The position numbers and the translations under genes are program-made. A stretch of 64,000 nucleotides of DNA, from assembly GCA_951406725.2 (NCBI GenBank), contig OX597834.1, forward strand, positions 31,248,001-31,312,000. Direction: 5' to 3'. The notes under the pieces were generated by a model. That model saw only the letters and a list, made by a program, of their open reading frames with translations, had not been told where the DNA came from and did not search any database. How positions within the stretch are numbered: the stretch's first letter is position 1; each line of letters starts with the position of its first letter. Shown here piece after piece: positions 41,601 through 55,992 of the stretch. Origin of the DNA: Octopus vulgaris (lineage: Eukaryota).

Positions 41601-43458
41601 AGAATCAAGGATTATGGTAATGGTGGTGGTTGTAGTGGTGGTCATAGTAGGGAGGGTGGTAAGAGTGGTGATGGTAGTTGTGTTGATGGTTACAATAAGA
41701 TGGAGGTGGTGGGAGTAACAATGAAAGTGGTGGTGGTGGTAGTGTTATTGACAGTAGTAGCAAGTGGCCCTGATGATGATTGTAGTGGTGGTGAGGATGG
41801 TAGGAGAAATACTGATGGTGGTGGTAATAGTGGAAGTGGTGGTTCATAGCACTAGTAGTAGTGTTGAGCTAATCATGTCATCAACCAGACTATTGGATGT
41901 TGTTATACAACGCTTGTCACAATGCACTTTGCACCCTGCTGGCTAGGCAAGCAGGCCAACATTCACCCTGACCAGAAGTTTACTCTGTCACAAGGTTATA
42001 CATTTACAGCTGAGTGGACTGGAGTAACATGAAATGAAGGGATTTTGCTCAAGAACACAATGCACAGCTCAGTCCAGGAATCGATCTCTCAATTGTAAGT
42101 GTGACACATCAAACCGTTATGCCATGTGCCTTCACGTGTTGGGGTAAATATCAGTAGAAAACCTCTCGACCCTCAACCAACACATAAAACCTGATCTTTG
42201 CCCTGCACAATTAACCACTACATAACCCCACAAAAATTCTGTCCCATTCTCTACACCACTCTGCCAACAAAATTATTCAAATCCAAAATATCCCAGAACT
42301 TTACCCTCCCGCTCCACTAACCCCTACCAATAGAATTCCCTCCCCCACCAAATTCAACTTTCTCTCTGCAGCCTCCCCACCCTCCATACTCACACCCCAC
42401 AAAAGCTCCTCACCGTGATATTTGCCAAATTCATCTCCATACTCAGCAGATTCAATATTTCCTTTTTGCACAGCACTGGACTGATGAAAAGTTTGGTGAA
42501 GCTGGAATGTAAAGCAACAGGTACAGGGATCAAATGACAGCTGATGCCGAATCAGAAAGACACACATACACACACAAAAGAAGACATTCACAATGGTGAC
42601 AAATGGGACACCAAAGGATAAAAACAATAAAAATAAATGAAAAATAAAATAAAATAAAATATGGAGACAGACAAATGACATTTGGAGGAGGAAAAGGTTT
42701 TCTGACTTTGCAAAATTTTGCCATGTGGTAAGTAGCTTGCTAACCAACCACATGGTTCCAGGTTCAGTCCCACTGCGTGGCATCTTGTGCAAGTGTCTTC
42801 TGCTATAGCCCGGGGCCGACCAATGCCTTGTGAGTGGATTTGGTAGACGGAAACTGAAAGAAGCCTGTCGTGTATATATATATATATGTATGTATGTATG
42901 TGTGTGTGTGTGTGTCCCCCTAGCATTGCTTGACAACCGATGCTGGTGTGTTTACGTCCCCGTCACTTAGCGGTTCAGCAAAAGAGACTGATAGAATAAG
43001 TACTGGGCTTACAAAGAATAAGTCCCGGGGTCAATTTGCTCGACTAAAGGCGGTGCTCCAGCATGGCCGCAGTCAAATGACTGAAGCAAGTAAAAAGAGA
43101 GTTAATATGGTGCATGACTTTGTAGAATGTCAGTAACAGCTCAGGACTGAGATATATTTTATGATCCTGAAAAACAAGGTTCAATCTTTGGATTCTCTTT
43201 TTAATTTTTTGTTTGAAGAGAGAGAGATGAGGATGAAAGTGAAACTACTTACTTGTCAATAAAAGATGCAAAAGACCGATTCTGTTTAAGCCACCAGGTT
43301 CTAATGACTGCAGGAATGGTCTCCAGGGCTTCTTCATACAACATGCAGGCCATGTCTTGGAGTAATTTACCAGAAGGAGGTGCTACAAGGCATCAAAAAT
43401 AGTAGTCAGTACCCAGGGTAGAACAGCAAACAGCAATGTGTATGTATGTGTGTTTGTG

Positions 43459-43497
<39 letters not shown>

Positions 43498-43782
43498 ACC
43501 GACCAGGCTATCAGATGTTGCTACACATCGCTGGTCACAATGCGCTTTGCATTGTTTTAGCCTTCAAATGACGTCACCCCACTGGCTAAGCGAGCAGGCC
43601 AACAGAAGAAAGTTGTGGTGAAAGAGTACAGCAGGGGATTGCCACCACCCCCTGCCGGAACCACATGGAGCTTTAGGTGTTTTCGCTCAATAAACACTCA
43701 CAATGCCCGGTCTGGGAATCAAAACCGCGATCCTACGACTGCGAGTTCGCTGCCCTAACCACTGGGCAATTGTGCCTCCACG

Positions 43783-43813
<31 letters not shown>

Positions 43814-46800
43814 CTAATTGGATTAGGTGAATGGTCAAGGAAAAAACTGAAAAAGTGAATTATTTCACTTGCCTGATGTGCACAGCAGATCTCTTTTAAA
43901 GGCTGATGCAGCATTTGTTACTTCATCTTTCCTTGGTTGATGGGTTGAAACAAGGGATTCTGGGATCAGAGAAAAGATGTCCGAGAGAAAGACATCAATA
44001 AGGCTAAGATTGTCAAGGTAGCGGAGGTACTCGGCTCTCAGCTGGGAAACAGAGAAGAAAGACAGCTTCTAAGTATGAGTGCAGAAAGTGTCCACAAGAA
44101 ATGGCTTATGGGTCAAACAGCTATACAGGACAGAGGTCACAATGCTCACAGTCGTCATTTAATGTCCATCATTCTCTGTGCTCGCATGGGTTAGACAGAA
44201 TTTGTTGAGGTAGCTTGCTTTTCCTGTTGCCAACCCATAACTGCTTCCAAGCAATAGCCACCACAAGCCCCAGTCCCTATGGTGGCTTATATGCATCAGT
44301 GTGACACCAAAAGTCATGCCCTTGGAGTGCAAGATTCTGGTAGGGCTTCTCATGCTGGACAGGTCAAAAGATAGGGACCAGATTAATATAGATCGCCTCT
44401 TTCCAGGGGTAAAAAATGGGTTTGCGTTGGGCCAACATTTCTACCTAGAAAAAAAGCAAAGTAAGAGAAGCACTGACAACAAGTCAAAATCCAGCAAGTC
44501 CCAGGAAAATATGAAGTGGAAATAAGGCACAGTTGGAAAAGCAGGGATCCAACTGGAAAAAATCAGAAAAGACAGCCCAGATTAAAGAACAATGGAAAAA
44601 AGTCATTGAAAAGGCTTTGCTCCATGAGGAATGAAAGGGCTTATATAAGTAGTCATAGGTTCACCAAATATATGAGGGAAATAGAAATATAGTCAGAGAA
44701 AAAGATTACGCTTACCTCACTGGTAGCTGTTTTGATAAAATGTAGCTGAAGTTTCCAGGTGAGGAGGTACCCCAGGGTACAGTATGGTGGAACAGGTGGT
44801 TTTTCAATACTTGTACTGCTACCACTACTACTGTTGCTGGCGTCCATGTGGTACTCAAGTGCCTGCCAGGATTCTAAAAGTGCTTGCATTAGAGCCTCGT
44901 TTGGTTGTCTGCATCAACGACAAAAACAAGGATTTTATTAATTAGCAGAGACATGGAGAACGAATACACAAACACACACACATTTTAATGTCTACTTTTT
45001 CATGCTTGCACTAGTTGGATGGAATTAACTGAGGCAGGTTTTCTATGGCTGGATGCCTTGGCTGTCACTGACTCTCACCTGCTTCCAAGCAAGGTAATAT
45101 CTCTCCATGGCCAGACAAGTTTCCACATAACATTGGCAATGAACAACACCGCTTCTATGACAGTGACACTCATTTACAACTACCATAAAATATCAAAACA
45201 GGGAAACAGAAACACAACGCATATATATAGATGTTAGTGTATATAAATACATACATATATATATTGGTAAAAACGGTAAGATAACAAAAGAAAGAATGAG
45301 ACCTCAATATTATGTAAATTGAGGAAATTTATCTGTAAAATAATATGTGACAATTATTCAATAGTCAAGATAAAACTCTGAGTTTCGGATGCCAAGGTGG
45401 AAATCCACACCACCATCTCTTCGTTTATCTGGCCATCTGAAAAACCTCTTTCATACATAAATATATATATATATATATTTATGTATGAGAGGTTTGTTTC
45501 AGTTTGTGGCAACCAAATCCACTCACAAGGTTTTGGTCAGCCTGAGCCTATAAAAGGAAACACCTGCCCAAGTTTCTATTGTGGAACTGAACCTGGAGCC
45601 ATGTGGTTGGGAAGTAAACTTTTTAACCACATAGCCATACACGTGTGTTGAGTATGCTACTGTCTCCTTGTCTTCACATCGTGTGATAACTGTAAATGAG
45701 TGTCACTGTCATACAAGCAGTGTTGTTCATCTCCAGTCTTCCATGAAAAAAACATGTCTAGTCATGGGGAAATGTTACCTTACATGGAAACAGGTGAGGG
45801 TTGGTGATAGGAAGGGCATCCAGCCACAGAAAATCTGCCTCGGTAAACTACACAAAACCCATGCAATCAATAAAACAGTAATGCATGATGAAGACACATA
45901 ATACACAAAGGCTTCTACACAGTTTCCGTCTACCAAATTTCACTGACAAGTTATCACTGAGCCTGTAACTTCAGCAGAAGAATCTTGCCCAAGTTGTCCT
46001 TCAGTGGTACTGGACGTGGAATCACAACCTTGTTAACCCCCGTCAGCCACGCTGGCAGCAAACATGTGCTATTGACCCAACAATGTCACCATTTTACTTA
46101 CCTTCCGCTGTTGTCGTCTTCATCTCCATCAAACTGGGAACAGTACTGTTTCATGGCCTGCTGCTGGTGGACGGTAGCTTTGGACGTTTCCTCCACTCTC
46201 GTACTGAAATGTAAAGGCAGCTTATATGAGGAATAAGAATGTGTGAGTGTGAGTGAATGTGAAAGTGGGTGTGTGCGTGTTACCTTCCCCCAATGCTAGA
46301 GGCTATGATCATATCATAAGAGAGGTTTGAACTGAAGACCCTCTCCTTTGATAGTCTCTCGTGGTCCAAGAACGACAACTCTGTATTTCTTGCTGAACAA
46401 TCTGTGCAGACGGTTTGTAATAATCGAATGCCTGGGCCATACATTAACTCATTCCTTCCATCAAATCAACGTCGCCTAGACAGCGGCACAGTGTGCCACT
46501 CGTCAAGTGTCAAAGTGATTGTAGACCAACATAAAATGAAGGGTTTTGCTCAAGAATACAATGCACTACCTAGTCCAGGGATTGAAACTGTGATCTTGTG
46601 ACCAAGAGTGCAGCATTCTTGCCATCAGGCCATGCACTCTCATATCCAGTGATATCAAACCATTAAGCCACCAGATTACAGTCTGTTCAGTGTGACTCAC
46701 TCACCCCTCTCCCCATTTTTATAGCTTCTCCTGAGAGAAGAGAGTTTCAGTGGACCCTTTTCATACAAATTTGCTTGATTCTGCCCCTGGTCCTACAATA

Positions 46801-49800
46801 TATATTTCTTTACTATCCACAAGGGGCTAAACACAGAGGGGACAAACAAGGACAGACAAATGGATTAAGTCGATTATATCGACCCCAGTGCGTAACTGGT
46901 ACTTAATTTATCAATCCCGAAAGGATGAAAGGCAAAGTCAACCTCGGTGGAATTTGAACTCAGAACGTAACGACAGACGAAATACGGCTACGCATTTCGC
47001 CCGGCATGCTAACGTTTCTGCCAGCTCGCCACCTGATACAGCAGAAGTCCTACAATATAAACATCCTTGTTTGAAAATTTCATGTTATGTTCTAAACACT
47101 ATTTTAATAAAGTTATTTTACTAAATTCTTCATTATTATTTTCAAACCCAGTTGAAACTAAAACCGTTTGTTTCAACAGTTATATGGTAACAAAAGGGTT
47201 AAAGTGATCTAAATTAAAACCTGCAATCAAAAGTTTAACCCTTTTGTTACTGTATTTATTTTGAGATGCTCTGTGTTTCTTTCAATTACTTTAAATATAA
47301 CAAAGAATTTAGTAAGATATCTTTATTACCATTAAACTAGTGTTAGAAACATAAATTGTGACTAAGGTTTGGTGGAAGATTTTAATTCAAAACTTATGAA
47401 AACAAGACATTTGTACTCACAGCCAGAGCCAGTTTCAGCCGGGTTGGTAACGAAAGGGTTAATATTTGTTTGAAAGCTTAATAACGACAAAGTTATTTTA
47501 CTAAATTATTCTTTTCAACTGACATGGTAACAAAACAGTTGAGACCCAACCTTGTTATCCGTAATTGTCCGACCCTTGCACCAACTCAATTCCTTCAAAA
47601 GTTGGAACCAAGGAGATAATAAATATCGAGTTTACTTACGAGAGTTTCTTGAATTTCTTCACACAGTCCATCTCAGCAGATTCTTGGGTTTCCAAACTGT
47701 GGAGTTCACCAACAATTCTGAGCAGATCAAAGAAAGAATTAGAAAATTATTTAACAACAGACAATATGATCAAAAAAATTCCACCCATGCCCATCCAGTG
47801 TTGCATGTCCTTCCTTTTTATTTTTAAGACAGTAGGATGTAATCTAAAGAAAATCTAGCTGCTATTTCTAACAGGCAGGTCAAGTGACTATACAGGGCAG
47901 AGGTTCTCAATTGGGATCCATATGACTTTTAGGGTCCATATAAGGTTTTGTTAAAGTCCATGAGCAAAAACTCGGTTATACTTGTACAATACACAAAATA
48001 TTTTAACTTTTTTTTTATACAATTCCTAAAAATATAATAAGATTTTAACCAGTAACCCTGTAATTCATTCTATTCCTCATCCTCATTTAATGTTTGTTTT
48101 CCATGCTGGCATGGGTTGGGTGGTTTAACAGGATCTGATGGGGCTAAGGATCATGTGCTCCACTGTCTATTATAGGATCGTTTCTATGGCTGGGTGCCCT
48201 TCCTAGCATGTACAGGGTCCTTTTTACTGTGACCCTGGCACTAGTACGGGCACCATACAGTTTACAGGAGTATGAAACCCAATGAATGTTATGGGAGAAA
48301 CCTGAACACTCCCACGCGACTGAAGATGGACTAACCGATTACAATAAATAAGAACTGAGTGAACTGTCGGATTAGTTCGACTGTGTTGGTTTAACAGTGA
48401 ATACGGAGTATCGTACCTACGTTCAAGTTGTACGGAGTGCATTCTATGTTAACGTATTTCTACAAAAGGTTATTTTTAGATAACCACAACCAACTATTTG
48501 TCTAATATCATTTTACACCAGACGTGTCCACCCACATCGTAACAAAGGAGAGGGCTTTATGCTAGGGGATGAAGGTTAAGAAGGTATGTGAGAAGGCGGC
48601 GAGCTGGCAGAAACATTAGCATGCCGGGCGAAATACGTAGTTTTTCGTCTGCCCTTATATTCTGAGTTCAAATTCCGCCGAGGTTGACTTTGCCTTTCAT
48701 CCTTTCGGGGTCGATAAATTAAGTACCAGTTACGCACTGGGGTCGATATAATCGACTTAATCCGTTTGTTTGTCCCCTCTATATTTAGCCCCTTGTGGGT
48801 AGTAAAGAAATAGATATGTGAGAAGAGATGGTGGACCTGGTTCTTCATGGTTACAATTACTGTGAAATTAGGACAAAAATCAGGACAAATTAAAAATAAT
48901 AAAATGAAGAGGAGGCAAGAGATTTTTCTGCATCAGATTTCTTCTCACTTACTTGTCAAGGACATGGTAGGCTGTTATTTGGACAGCATAGAGTTTCGAT
49001 AAAAGCATCGGGCAGAACTGGTCTAGAATGGCTTCCAGCTTCTCGCTGGACGACAGACTGGTAGAGCTGGTTTCCTTCAGAGGTGTGTTCAATAGTCGGT
49101 CTTGTGGGCAGTGGGTTAGAACCTGTCCTAGCCAAGCAACGACAGGGTGTTGTTTGTCAGAGTCCTTCTCTGATGACAATACACTTTCTGGAGTGACAGA
49201 GAAATAATGATAATCTTAATGGCAAATAATAATGGCTTCTTTTATTGGCCACAAGGGCTAATATATGCAAACATAAAAGGACATACAATAACATTATACA
49301 ATGGGTTTTCACATTTGTGTAAAATCCCTTCAAATTCTTGGCACAAGGCCAACAATTTTAGAGGTTAAGTTGATTACATTGACCCCAGTACATTACTGGT
49401 ATTTTATTTTATTGACCATGAAAAGGATGAAATAACAAGGGAGGAAGAGATAATGAAAAATAGTTTGAAGAGAAGAATAGGAAAAGAAGAAAAGAAAGAA
49501 GGGACCCACCTGCTGATTGAATATAGAGTGGAATAACCAGAGCGTAAACGGTTTCACTGAAGAATTCATTCCATTCCGAGATGACATTGTCAGGGATGTT
49601 GGTCTGTGAGTCTTGCAGGCTGGCAGCCATCTCATAGAGCAGCTTACATATTCCTACCATAAATAGTTGCACCTGTACAGGTGAGCCACTCGGGCATTTC
49701 GTCTCACTGGCGCTCTGGGAACAATAAATAAATTAAGATAAGAAGGTACGGAGACAGGTATGTAATTAGGTAGATATTGGGTCCAGGGTCTTCTATAGCC

Positions 49801-51616
49801 CCAGGTTGGCCAATGCTTTGTGAGTGAATCCAATAGAAACTGTGTGGAAAGCCATTGACTGTGGCCATGCTGGAGCACTGCCTTGAAGAATTTTAGATTT
49901 GTTGAACTGCTAAGTCATGGGGACATAAACACACCAACACCATTGTCAAGCAGTGATAGGGGACAAACACACATTCATATGACAGGCTTCTGTGTGCATG
50001 TGTTCCCCACCTGCTGCTCGACAACTAATGTCCCCTGCAACAGCATTTCAGCAAAAAGAGACCAACGTCCTTGGGTTGATTCATTTTACTAAAACCCTTC
50101 AAGGCGATGCTCCAGTATGGCCACAGTCGAATGACAAACAAGATCAAAAAATAAGATCATCATCATCATCGTCGTCGTTTTAACGTGCACTTTCCATGCT
50201 TGCATGAGTCAGGGAAATGTATGTTGGTGTATTTATGACCCCTGTAACTTAGCAGTTCAGCAAAAGAAACTGATAGAATAAGTATCAGACTTAAAAAAAA
50301 AAAGTACTGAGGTTGATTCGTTTGACTAACATTCTTCAAGGCAGTGCCCCAGCATGGCCACAGTCTAATGACTGAAACGAGACACACACACACAAATTGG
50401 GCTTCTTTCTGTCTTCATCTGCAAAACTCACTCACAAGGCAATGGTCAGCCTGGGGCTCAAGCCAAAAGCTATTTGACCAAGGTTCTATACAGTGTGACT
50501 GAACTCTAAAAGCACACGGTTGGCAAGCAAATCCCTCAACCACATAACCATGCCTCTGTGGTCCCAAAAAAGGACGGGGCTCTGCCAGGGTTAAAATGCT
50601 CACAGTATGTCATCATGGTGCCCCCTATAACTCCATCAGGAGTTGAGGGTTCAAGGAGAGAGGGATCCAACTGTCTTAAAAGTTAAAGAGTACATTAAAT
50701 AATGAAGACCAGGAAGAAAAAAGACTTGGAGAGCCTTGATTAGGGGTCAGCTTGTTGAAGGCCAGCCTGGAAATCAACACCAACAACCAATTCATATCCT
50801 TTATGGTGTAACTCCATCAATCACCAATCCCAAATTTCCCAAGATTTCACATACCTTACATGATCCTTGGTCCAAATCTCTTTCAATTAACCCCCTCACT
50901 ACCAGCTCTAAATTTCAAAGATCTGCTCTGACCACTGAATCTCAGATCTCCAATAATCTAAATGTACCATATCAAACCCCACCAACTCATCAACCAATCG
51001 GATCCGACTCTGAACAGCTCCCTACTGCCAGCCCCTAACAATCTTAATTCACACCTTCCATCATTTAATTCTACTTTCTCTGACTCCCTTCCATCCTATC
51101 AGGTCTGACCCAATAACATTGCAAGTAGCTATTTTCTTTGACCCCACATCCCGTTTCAAAAAAACACTAATACTTCGTGGCCCCTCACTCTGCCCTGTAA
51201 GATGCTGCACTTCTGACACAAGAACTCCTCCCCAGAGGAAATGCAGCTGACTGCCACCGTGTAACGGAAGGTCCCATCTTACCTGAAGCCATGAAACAGC
51301 ACTGCAGAGAATGAAATCACACTGGTCATTGTCGAGGGCTGACAGCTGTGACCACATCAGCTTGAGGAAGTTCATCACCTCCACGTTAAAATGAACAGCA
51401 TGAGGAGATGCTGAGGCGATGTTGCTGTAATCAAGACAAATAACTTGAGATTACTGACTGAAAAAAAAAAAAATGTTGAGGTGGGTGGGGCAGAGATGAA
51501 AATGTAGTCCTAGAAGAAGGACAAGAGTAGGTGACAGGAGATTCAGGGCTCATAAACTTTGCAGATTCTTTCAGAATGGTGTAAAGTTAATATGGTTGAT
51601 ATAACAGCTTGGATTT

Positions 51617-51647
<31 letters not shown>

Positions 51648-54600
51648 CATCATCGTTTAGCGTCCACTTTCCATGCTAGCATGGGTTGGACAGTTCAACT
51701 GGGGTCTGGGAAGCCAGAAGGCTGCACCAGGCCCAGTCTGATCTGGCAATGTTTCTACGGCTGGATGCCCTTCCTAACGCCAACCACTCTGTGAGTGTAG
51801 TGGGTGCTTTTTACGTGCCACCGGCACGGAGGCCATGTGAGACTGGCAACGGCCACGATCGGATGGTGCTTTTTACGTGCCACCGGCACGGAGGCCATGT
51901 GAGACTGGCAACGGCCACGATCGGATGGTGCTTTTTACGTGCCACCAGCACGGAGGCCATGTGAGACTGGCAACGGCCACGATCGGATGGTGCTTTTTAT
52001 GTGCCACCAGCACGGAGGCCAGGCGAGACTGGCAAACGGCCACGATCGGATGGTGCTTTTTATGTGCCACCAGCACGGAGGCCATGTGAGACTGGCAACG
52101 TCCACGATCGGATGGTGCTTTTTATGTGCCACCAGCACGGAGGCCATGTGAGACTGGCAACGGCCACGATCGGATGGTGCTTTTTATGTGCCACCAGCAC
52201 GGAGGCCATGTGAGACTGGCAACGGCCACGATCGGATGGTGCTTTTTATGTGCCACCAGCACGGAGGCCAGGCGAGACTGGCAAACGGCCACGATCGGAT
52301 GGTGCTTTTTATGTGCCACCAGCACGGAGGCCATGTGAGACTGGCAACGGCCACGATCGGATGGTGCTTTTTATGTGCCACCAGCACGGAGGCCATGTGA
52401 GACTGGCAACGTCCACGATCGGATGGTGCTTTTTACGTGCCACATATATATAAACACACACACACATGCTGGTGTCATGTAAACAGCACTAATGTTAATG
52501 CCATGTAAAAAAAAAACAGTGTTAGTGCCATATCAAAAGTATCCAGTAGACTCTGTAAGGTGGTTGGCTTAGGAAGGGTACCCAGCTGTAGAGACCATGC
52601 CAGAACAGGCTATGAAATCATGTGCAGTCCCTGGCCTTGCCAGCTCCTGTGAAGCTGTCCAACCCATGCCAGCATGGAAAATGGATGTTACATGATGATA
52701 TATATATATATACACACATACATGTATCAGTGTGTCTGTATCATCATCATTTTAACATCCACCTTCCCAGGCTTGTATGGAGTCAGACAGAATTCATTCA
52801 TGTAGATTTCCTATGTCTGGTTGCCCTTCCTGTCACTAAAACCTCGCCTGTTTCTAAGCAAGATAATATTTGCCCTTGGTCAGACATCATCACCATTTAA
52901 TGTCTGTTGTTCCTGCTGGCATGGGTTGGACGGTTTGACCTGGGCTGACAAGCTGGAAGGCTGCACCAGACTAGTCTGATTTGGCATGGCTTCCATGGCT
53001 GAATGCCCTTCCTAATGCAACTGCTTATATGACTGGCCAAAACTATGAGACACAAGTGAGGGGCTATAGGAAACAAAATGCCCAAGGTGGCATGCAGTGG
53101 AACTGAACCTGAGACTATGTGGTCGAGAAGCAAAGTCTAAACCACACAGCCATGCTTGTCCACACGCGCGCGCGCGCAGACTAAATGTGAGCATAGTGGG
53201 TGAAGGGGATTTAGGGACTCAATGCATTTGTTTTGGGGAGGGGAAAAGGACATGGGTGTCTGGTGGACAGGTGTTAGCAGGTAGAGAAATGGAGGTGAGG
53301 TGGGTGAATTGATTGCAACAACATGCACACATCAAACAACAACTATTAGCACAGTAAACCTTAGAAATAAAAGGGAAAGTCGTCCACAGTGAGACAATAA
53401 CAACACAAATGAAACAGCCATAACATACATCATGTACTTACATGTGGAAAAGGAAATGGTCCCCAGAGTTACGCCATTCACTCAGAGTATTTAAGAGGTC
53501 GATGAAGATAGACTGCTTGTCAGGGTCTTCATGGAACTTCCATTTACCTGTTGCCATGGTGATAAGGGGCAGCAAACCTACAGCACCTTGAAGGTGAAAA
53601 AGGAGAGAGAGAGAGAACATTACAATTTATCTAAGACATATCTATGATGATGCTGATGATGACAGCAACAGTGATGATAAGAACAATGCAGCATCTCAGT
53701 ATCGTCACTGCTTGTATTGAAGGGAGGGGAGAGCTTCTACATGGTCATATGACTTGCTAGAAACAACAGTCAAACCTCTTAAATTACAACATGAATGCCT
53801 TAACCAAGGTAAGACACATTAGATGATGTAATCCTGTATGTATTGTGCTTAGGGAAAAGACGAGGTAGGCACGGGTGGATTACTTTTGATCACTGGTCTG
53901 ATTGATTTAAACTGGCCTGGGGTTAAATAACAACAAAAAACAAGCAACTGTGTAGCAAGCTGACAAGAGAGACAATGGGAAGTCATTGCCTGAAAATAAG
54001 ATGGGATGGTCATGGCTGGAACAGCTTTGATCATAACTGTACTCAGTAGTGGCTGCTGAGCTGGGGTTAAACAACTACAAATGTGTAACAAGCTGATGAG
54101 GTAGCCTCTATGAGAAGTCATTGCCTGAAAATGAGATGGGATGGCCATGGCTGGAACAGCTTTGATCATAACTGTACTCAGTAGTGGCTGCTGAGCTGGG
54201 GTTAAACAACTACAAATGTGTAACAAGCTGATGAGGTAGCCTCTATGAGAAGTCATTGCCTGAAAATGAGATGGGATGGCCATGGCTGGAACAGCTTTGA
54301 TCATAACTGTACTCAGTAGTGGCTGCTGAGCTGGGGTTAAACAACTACAAATGTGTAACAAGCTGATGAGGTAGCCTCTATGAGAAGTCATTGCTTGAAA
54401 ATGAGATGGGATGGTCATGGCTGGAATAGCTTTGATCACGAGTGTATTCTCAGTTCTGGGTTGACCTGGGGCTAACAGCTACAAAGAAAGCAAGAGAGGG
54501 TTTACTTACAACTGAGAGAGAAGAGGTTGTCACTGGGTAACGAGAGCAGCTTCGTTACAAGGACTTGTGTAATGTTCCAAGAAGCAGATGAGGTGCAATG

Positions 54601-55960
54601 TTGTATCAACATCCGTAACATTTGCAGGTGTTTCTCTGTGAATTCTTCTTCAAAATAGGAACCAATTCTTAGAAAGAAAAAAAAAAAATGGAAATAAATA
54701 AATATAATTGAACAGAAGAAATTAAATTAACCGTTTAGGATTCAGATTATTTTGTCAAATGCAATGGTTATTCCTTCCCGTTGTTTCAGAATTAGTCATA
54801 CATCATCTTGTTCTAAAAGCAGCGAAATTCTTAGCAGTATTTCGTCTGTTTTTATGTTCTGAGTTCAAATTCCGCTGAGGTCGACTTTGCCTTTCATCCT
54901 TTCGGTGGTCGAGAAATTAAGTACCAGTAATGTACTGGAGTCGATCTAATCGACTGACTCCCTCCCCAACAAAAAAACTTCCAGCCTTGAGCCTTGAGCA
55001 GAAAAAATTATCTTGTAGTTCCAACAAGATTCTGATAATATGATTGTTTATTTTCAGAATGACATTGTAGGGTAGGTATGAGAAACTGGATCTAGCTAGT
55101 ATGAACATAAAACAGGTATTTTAGCCAGATTAAATGCTAAAGGATTTACTGTTAGATATAATGCTCATTTAATAACATTGTTTTGAATTAATCCTGTATT
55201 AATCTCCATAACTGCAAGAGTTTGATGATGAAATTATTTTTAGAATGACATTGTAGGGTAGGTGTGAGAGGCTGGATCTGGCCAGTTTGAACATAAACAG
55301 GTAAAACATTGTGGCTAGATATACTTTACTTTTATTTGTTTCGGTCATTAGACACTGTGGCCATGCTGGGACACCACATTGAAGAATTTTTGAAGTTGAA
55401 TGAATCGACCCCAGGATTTAGTTTTAAGCCTGGCACTATTGATCCCTTTTAACCAAACTGCTAAGTTACAGGGACATAAACAAACCAACACCTGTTGTAA
55501 AGTGGTGAGGGAGAGACAAACAGACACAAAAGCATGCACACATAGATATATGTATATGGTGCGTACAAAGCACCATCCGTCCGTGGCCGTTTGTCAGCTC
55601 CGTCTGGCACCTGTGCGGGTGGCACGTAAAAAGCACCCACTACACTCACAGAGTGGTTGGCATTAGGAAGGGCATCCAGCCGTAGAAACACTGCCAGATC
55701 AGACTGGGCCTGATACAGCCTTCTGGCTTCCCAGACCCCAGTTGAACCGTCCAACCCATGCTAGCATGGAAAGCGGACGCTAAATGATGATGGGCTCCAT
55801 TCAATTTCCATCTACCAAATCAACCACTCACAAGGCTTTGGTCAGCCTGAGATTATGACAAGATCCTTGCCCAAGGTGTCATGCAGTGGGACTGAACCCA
55901 GAACCATGTGGTTGGGAAGCAAGCTTCTAACCACACTGCTACACCTACTAAATTCTGTGA

Positions 55961-55992
<32 letters not shown>

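Noticed and set aside
41460-41946. Gly/Val/His-rich ORFs (also 9705-9980, 60683-61199 and the YI/HT-rich short ORFs)
   Set aside because: Translations of degenerate tri- and dinucleotide microsatellites in introns.
43705-43781. Possible tRNA gene (also the heads of SINE families A and B)
   Set aside because: No complete acceptor stem, degenerate B box, and it continues into a repeated SINE body.
47551-47592. Extra LTN1 micro-exon before a gttggg donor
   Set aside because: The implied intron is under 50 nt and the required phase gives an immediate stop.
51804-52442. CRISPR-like regular repeats (also 27578-27712 and 53915-54480)
   Set aside because: Units are contiguous with no unique spacers, there are no cas genes, and the context is eukaryotic.
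53849-54439. 196-aa repetitive ORF
   Set aside because: Product of the 135-bp tandem unit inside an intron; LTN1 exon phases join without it.
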